Source: Candidatus Acidiferrales bacterium
GTDB lineage: Bacteria; Patescibacteriota; Microgenomatia; Levybacterales; UBA12049
Length of the DNA stretch: 64,000 nt
Direction of reading: 5' to 3'
NCBI GenBank assembly: GCA_035533875.1
Contig: DATLSZ010000020.1
Span: 14,146 to 78,145 of the forward strand
Notes under the pieces: generated by a model
Databases searched by the model: none
What the model was told of the DNA's origin: nothing
What the model saw: the letters and a program-made list of their open reading frames with translations, nothing else
Shown: in pieces, positions 61,239 through 64,000 of the stretch
Position numbering within the stretch: position 1 is the stretch's first letter
Layout: every line of letters starts with the position of its first letter
Position numbers and translations under genes: made by a program

Positions 61239-61727
61239 TCAAGCCTCACCCTTCAAACTTTCATCGATCGCTTTCTTGACAATGTCCCAGTTGTATCCCC
61301 GTCGTGAGAGAAAACCGCCAACTTTTTGATATATCTCCTGCCGAGGGCTACCGGACAATCGCTCCAGCTTTTTGATAATCAAGCTTTTTGCCTGCTCCAA
61401 CTCATCAGGAATTTCATCTTCCGTCGATTGCAAAACACTACTGATAATCTCATCCGTTATCCCTTTTTGCCGCAGTTCAATCTTGAGAAGTGCCTTGCCT
61501 TTGGGTTTGAGCCTTACCCGATTCAAAACCCATGCCCGGGCGAACTCCTCATCATTAAGAAATTTTTTGTCTTTCAAACTTGTGATGATTTTCTCAATGA
61601 TCTGGGGTGCTGCTTTTTTCTTTGTGAGATAGTCTCTGATTTCCTTCTCAGACCGATTGCGGATACTGAGATAAAAATATGCAAGGTTGAGGTACCGTTC
61701 AAAATGTTCCTGAAAATCCATTACCAA
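61239..61727 (-). CDS. recX: Regulatory protein RecX
   Basis: 162 aa of three-helix repeats (SEKEIRDYLTKK...FLNDEEFARAW), immediately downstream of recA. Confidence 0.8.
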   Translation of the reverse strand: MVMDFQEHFERYLNLAYFYLSIRNRSEKEIRDYLTKKKAAPQIIEKIITSLKDKKFLNDEEFARAWVLNRVRLKPKGKALLKIELRQKGITDEIISSVLQSTEDEIPDELEQAKSLIIKKLERLSGSPRQEIYQKVGGFLSRRGYNWDIVKKAIDESLKGEA

Positions 61728-61819
61728 ACTAGTATACCACTGAATCCATAGGAGTAAAAAATTCTATCAGAATTATGAGTATGTTCGGATGAAGATAATA
61801 AAAAATCAATGATAAGATT

Positions 61820-62914
61820 TTACTCTTCTTCTTCGTCTTCCTGTTCTTCGCCGCCGACGACAAGAGGTGCGCGGCCGTCTTTATTTTGTGCCATAATTTT
61901 TGCAACTATTTCTTTTTCCATTGCTGGATTTTCTTTCAGTGCTGCCATTGCGGCAACTTTCCCTTGTCCAAGCATTTCCTCATTATAACGATAGAAAGCC
62001 CCTGACTTATTAATCACATTCATTTCAACGGCGACATCAAGGATTCCCCCTTCGCGAGAGATACCGGTTCCCGTGACGTCAAATTCAGCGATGCGGAAGG
62101 GTGCTGAAATTTTATTCTTCACGATCTTCACTCGGTGGCGTGAACCGACTACTTTGTCTCCGTCTTTGAGCGTCTCAATCTTTCTGATATCCATACGGAC
62201 TGAGGCATAGAATTTCAATGCCATACCACCGGTAGTCGTCTCAGGATTGCCAAACATCACACCGATTTTCTGTCTGAGCTGATTGGTAAAGATCACGACG
62301 GTTTTGGATTTGGAGATAACAGCAGTCAATTTCCGCAGAGCTTGAGACATCAATCGTGCTTGCAATCCCATAACCGAATCTCCCATTTCACCTTCAATTT
62401 CCGCACGTGGCACAAGCGCTGCCACTGAATCAATGACCAAGACATCAATTCCACCTGAGCGGACCAGACTTTCAGTGATCTCAAGCGCCTGCTCCCCGGT
62501 ATCGGGTTGAGAAATAAGCAACTCATCCAGCTTCACGCCAAGTTTTTCCGCCCACAGCGGATCAAGCGCATGCTCCGCGTCAATAAATGCAGCGATACCG
62601 CCGTGTTTTTGTGCCTGTGCAATTGTTGAAAGACAAACAGTTGTTTTACCCGATGCTTCCGGTCCGTAGATCTCAATAATTCTTCCCCGCGGAAGTCCTC
62701 CTGCACCAAGTGCCAAATCCAGAGGCAGACAACCGGTTGAGATGACAGAGATATCAAATTTTTGTGCCACATCGCCAAATCGCATGATGGAGCCGCGGCC
62801 GTATTGTTTCTCGATCTGATCCATTGCCATTTTGATGGATTCGAGTTTTTTGGAGGCGTCGTTTTGCTGTTCTACTGCTACCGATTTTTGAGAATTCGCG
62901 GGAGTCCTTGCCAT
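61820..62914 (-). CDS. recA: Recombinase RecA
   Basis: GPEASGKTT (Walker A), the VIDSVAAL motif and an acidic tail. I prefer the ATG at 62914 (MARTPANSQ) over the start at 62974. Confidence 0.95.
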   Translation of the reverse strand: MARTPANSQKSVAVEQQNDASKKLESIKMAMDQIEKQYGRGSIMRFGDVAQKFDISVISTGCLPLDLALGAGGLPRGRIIEIYGPEASGKTTVCLSTIAQAQKHGGIAAFIDAEHALDPLWAEKLGVKLDELLISQPDTGEQALEITESLVRSGGIDVLVIDSVAALVPRAEIEGEMGDSVMGLQARLMSQALRKLTAVISKSKTVVIFTNQLRQKIGVMFGNPETTTGGMALKFYASVRMDIRKIETLKDGDKVVGSRHRVKIVKNKISAPFRIAEFDVTGTGISREGGILDVAVEMNVINKSGAFYRYNEEMLGQGKVAAMAALKENPAMEKEIVAKIMAQNKDGRAPLVVGGEEQEDEEEE

Positions 62915-63056
62915 AAAATTATACGATAATAATATCAGGTCTGTGATAAAATACAAGATATCAAAAGAGGTCATAGCTCATCAATAACAATTCATTTCAT
63001 TATTGATTTGTTTATCGAATTATTGGTAGTATTGGAGTATTCTTTACAAAGCAAAG

Positions 63057-63127
63057 CGGGGTGTAGTTTAACGGTAGAATGCGCGGCTGGGGGCCGTGTG
63101 GCTGGAGTTCGACTCTCCGCACCCCGA
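63057..63127 (+). tRNA. tRNA-Pro (anticodon GGG), CCA not encoded
   Basis: Manual cloverleaf. The acceptor stem is CGGGGTG/CACCCCG and the D arm is GTTT-AACGGTA-GAAT. The anticodon arm is CGCGG-CTGGGGG-CCGTG with G37. The T arm is TGGAG-TTCGACT-CTCCG and the discriminator is A. Total length is 71 nt. Confidence 0.85.
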
Positions 63128-63145
63128 CACAAAAAGATATATTTG

Positions 63146-63154
63146 TGCTATAAT
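63146..63154 (+). promoter_or_regulatory. Extended -10 box TGCTATAAT, 7 nt upstream of the ATG at 63162 (leaderless)
   Basis: The sequence reads TGCTATAAT-ttcccac-ATG. Confidence 0.55.
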
Positions 63155-63161
63155 TTCCCAC

Positions 63162-63743
63162 ATGTCAGTAATTGATAGTGGCATACAACGACTTTCAGCC
63201 GCGGATCTTGTTAATTTAGGGCTCACACCGGAAGTACTCATGGCACCGGTTGAATGGGGACGCGACCGCGCTCCCGACCCAACAAATGATGGCTGGACTA
63301 TTACCCCGATAGTTCTACAAAAACCTGATAGTGCACAAGCTCCAAGAATTGTTCACGCAGAACGAATAGAAGTAGGAGCTGGTACTCAAACAGGAGTAGA
63401 AGTAGTGCTACACCAGCAGAGTACAATACGCAGAACACAGATTGTAGAAGTACCGGTAAGTGGAACAGGAGAAGTAATAGTGAATCCACCCCAGGGAAGG
63501 CTCGTTTCAAAAGAACTTTCTGCCAATTCAGGAGGTGCGGTTGTCTATAGCCCGGGGACATTAGTTGCGCATGCAACTTCTGCCGAAGATCTTATTGTGG
63601 TAAGATTTAGCGTACCTCACTCGGCAATTATGCCTGTTGAACGACTTATCGGTCAGCCTGAATCAAGAAGAGCAAGAGCAGTACATGAAAGACTGCAATC
63701 GAGAAGACGAGCCTCAAGACAACCTGCTACAAGAAGAGGATAA
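63162..63743 (+). CDS. Hypothetical protein with an Arg-rich C-terminal tail
   Basis: 193 aa from the ATG at 63162. The longer track ORF (from 63096) would overlap the tRNA. There is no recognisable motif. The C-terminus is RRARAVHERLQSRRRASRQPATRRG. Confidence 0.55.
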   Translation: MSVIDSGIQRLSAADLVNLGLTPEVLMAPVEWGRDRAPDPTNDGWTITPIVLQKPDSAQAPRIVHAERIEVGAGTQTGVEVVLHQQSTIRRTQIVEVPVSGTGEVIVNPPQGRLVSKELSANSGGAVVYSPGTLVAHATSAEDLIVVRFSVPHSAIMPVERLIGQPESRRARAVHERLQSRRRASRQPATRRG

Positions 63744-63750
63744 ATCCGTT

Positions 63751-64000
63751 TTACTTTTTCCAATACTTCTTCCACATAGCATATTCACTGAAACTCTCTT
63801 TTTTCTCCACTTTATCAAGGAACATGATGCCGTCCAGGTGATCTATCTCATGCTGGAAGACTCGCGCGTGAAAGTCATCCTGCAAATCATACGTTACATC
63901 CTTTCCATCACGATTTAACCCTGAAACCACACATGAAATAGGTCGTGGTACCAATCCTCTCAGATTTACGGACAAATCACCTTCCCAATCATCCTTCACT
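63751..64000 (-). CDS. def: Peptide deformylase, N-terminal part beyond the window edge
   Basis: QHEIDHLDG (HExxH motif 3) and WEGDLS at the position of motif 2 (EGCLS). It aligns colinearly with E. coli Def as I recall it. Confidence 0.85.
   Translation of the reverse strand, partial: VKDDWEGDLSVNLRGLVPRPISCVVSGLNRDGKDVTYDLQDDFHARVFQHEIDHLDGIMFLDKVEKKESFSEYAMWKKYWKK

Noticed and set aside
62915-62975. A leaderless promoter for recA (TATAAT at 62923..62918).
   Set aside because: The box ends only 3 nt before the ATG, which is too close for the transcript to include the start codon. The real recA promoter was not identified.
63096-63161. The longer version of the 63096..63743 ORF.
   Set aside because: It would overlap the 3' part of tRNA-Pro and contain the TGCTATAAT promoter. 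The ATG at 63162 is the plausible start.
63128-63750. An integrated mobile element at the tRNA-Pro 3' side.
   Set aside because: No integrase, no direct repeat of the tRNA 3' end and only one small ORF are present. This is insufficient evidence.

Overview
The window is a gene-dense chromosomal segment that reads in the standard bacterial code. By eye it is moderately AT-rich. It looks like a reduced-genome, CPR/Patescibacteria-like bacterium, but that placement is inference from gene content: class I LysRS, T4SS-pilin-domain proteins, a short RNase P RNA, and RNase Y without a membrane anchor.

Gene content, in order:
- 1-3360 (-): a large VirB6/TrbL-like membrane protein that runs off the window, plus a small pilin-like protein.
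- 3436-7703 (-): the hrcA-grpE-dnaK-dnaJ heat-shock operon, with a CIRCE-like operator.
- 7931-11551 (+): an accessory cluster of secreted cysteine-rich proteins fused to the same pilin-like domain, including a 376-bp duplication.
- 11611-14027 (+): metG and tatD.
- 14047-19671 (+): an envelope glycan cluster (GT2 synthase-like, GT-C, MraY/WecA-like, UbiA/DPPR-synthase-like).
- 20663-31780 (-): a 10-gene operon of dapE-like, dapD, aminotransferase, lysA, lysC, dapB, dapA, class I lysRS fused to a B3/4 domain, suhB-like and rdgB.
- 31921 onward: murB; an ImmA-like protease plus 2-TM protein island; acs; a HAD hydrolase; phosphoketolase fused to a CoA-binding domain; greA; a solute-binding protein; a VanW protein; tsaD; rmuC; a UvrD-type helicase with a Cas4-like nuclease domain; RNase P RNA; an ABC-2 transporter; HU; RNase Y; a fumarase/aspartase-family enzyme; recX; recA; tRNA-Pro(GGG); and a truncated def.

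Most notable non-annotation signals:
1. A strong promoter, a 16-codon Lys-rich leader ORF and mutually exclusive antiterminator/terminator hairpins lie directly upstream of the DAP/lysine-lysRS operon. This is a candidate lysine leader-peptide attenuator.
2. At least a dozen short tandem heptanucleotide arrays of several sequence families fill intergenic spacers and also occur inside ORFs.
3. A palindromic element (GTCATTGCGAG...CTCGCAATGAC) is inserted in-frame into tatD and tsaD.
4. Extended -10 promoters sit 5-7 nt from start codons, implying leaderless mRNAs. Two of these promoter cassettes are duplicated and sit behind CTAAACG arrays.

All family assignments come from motif reading only. 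No searches were run.
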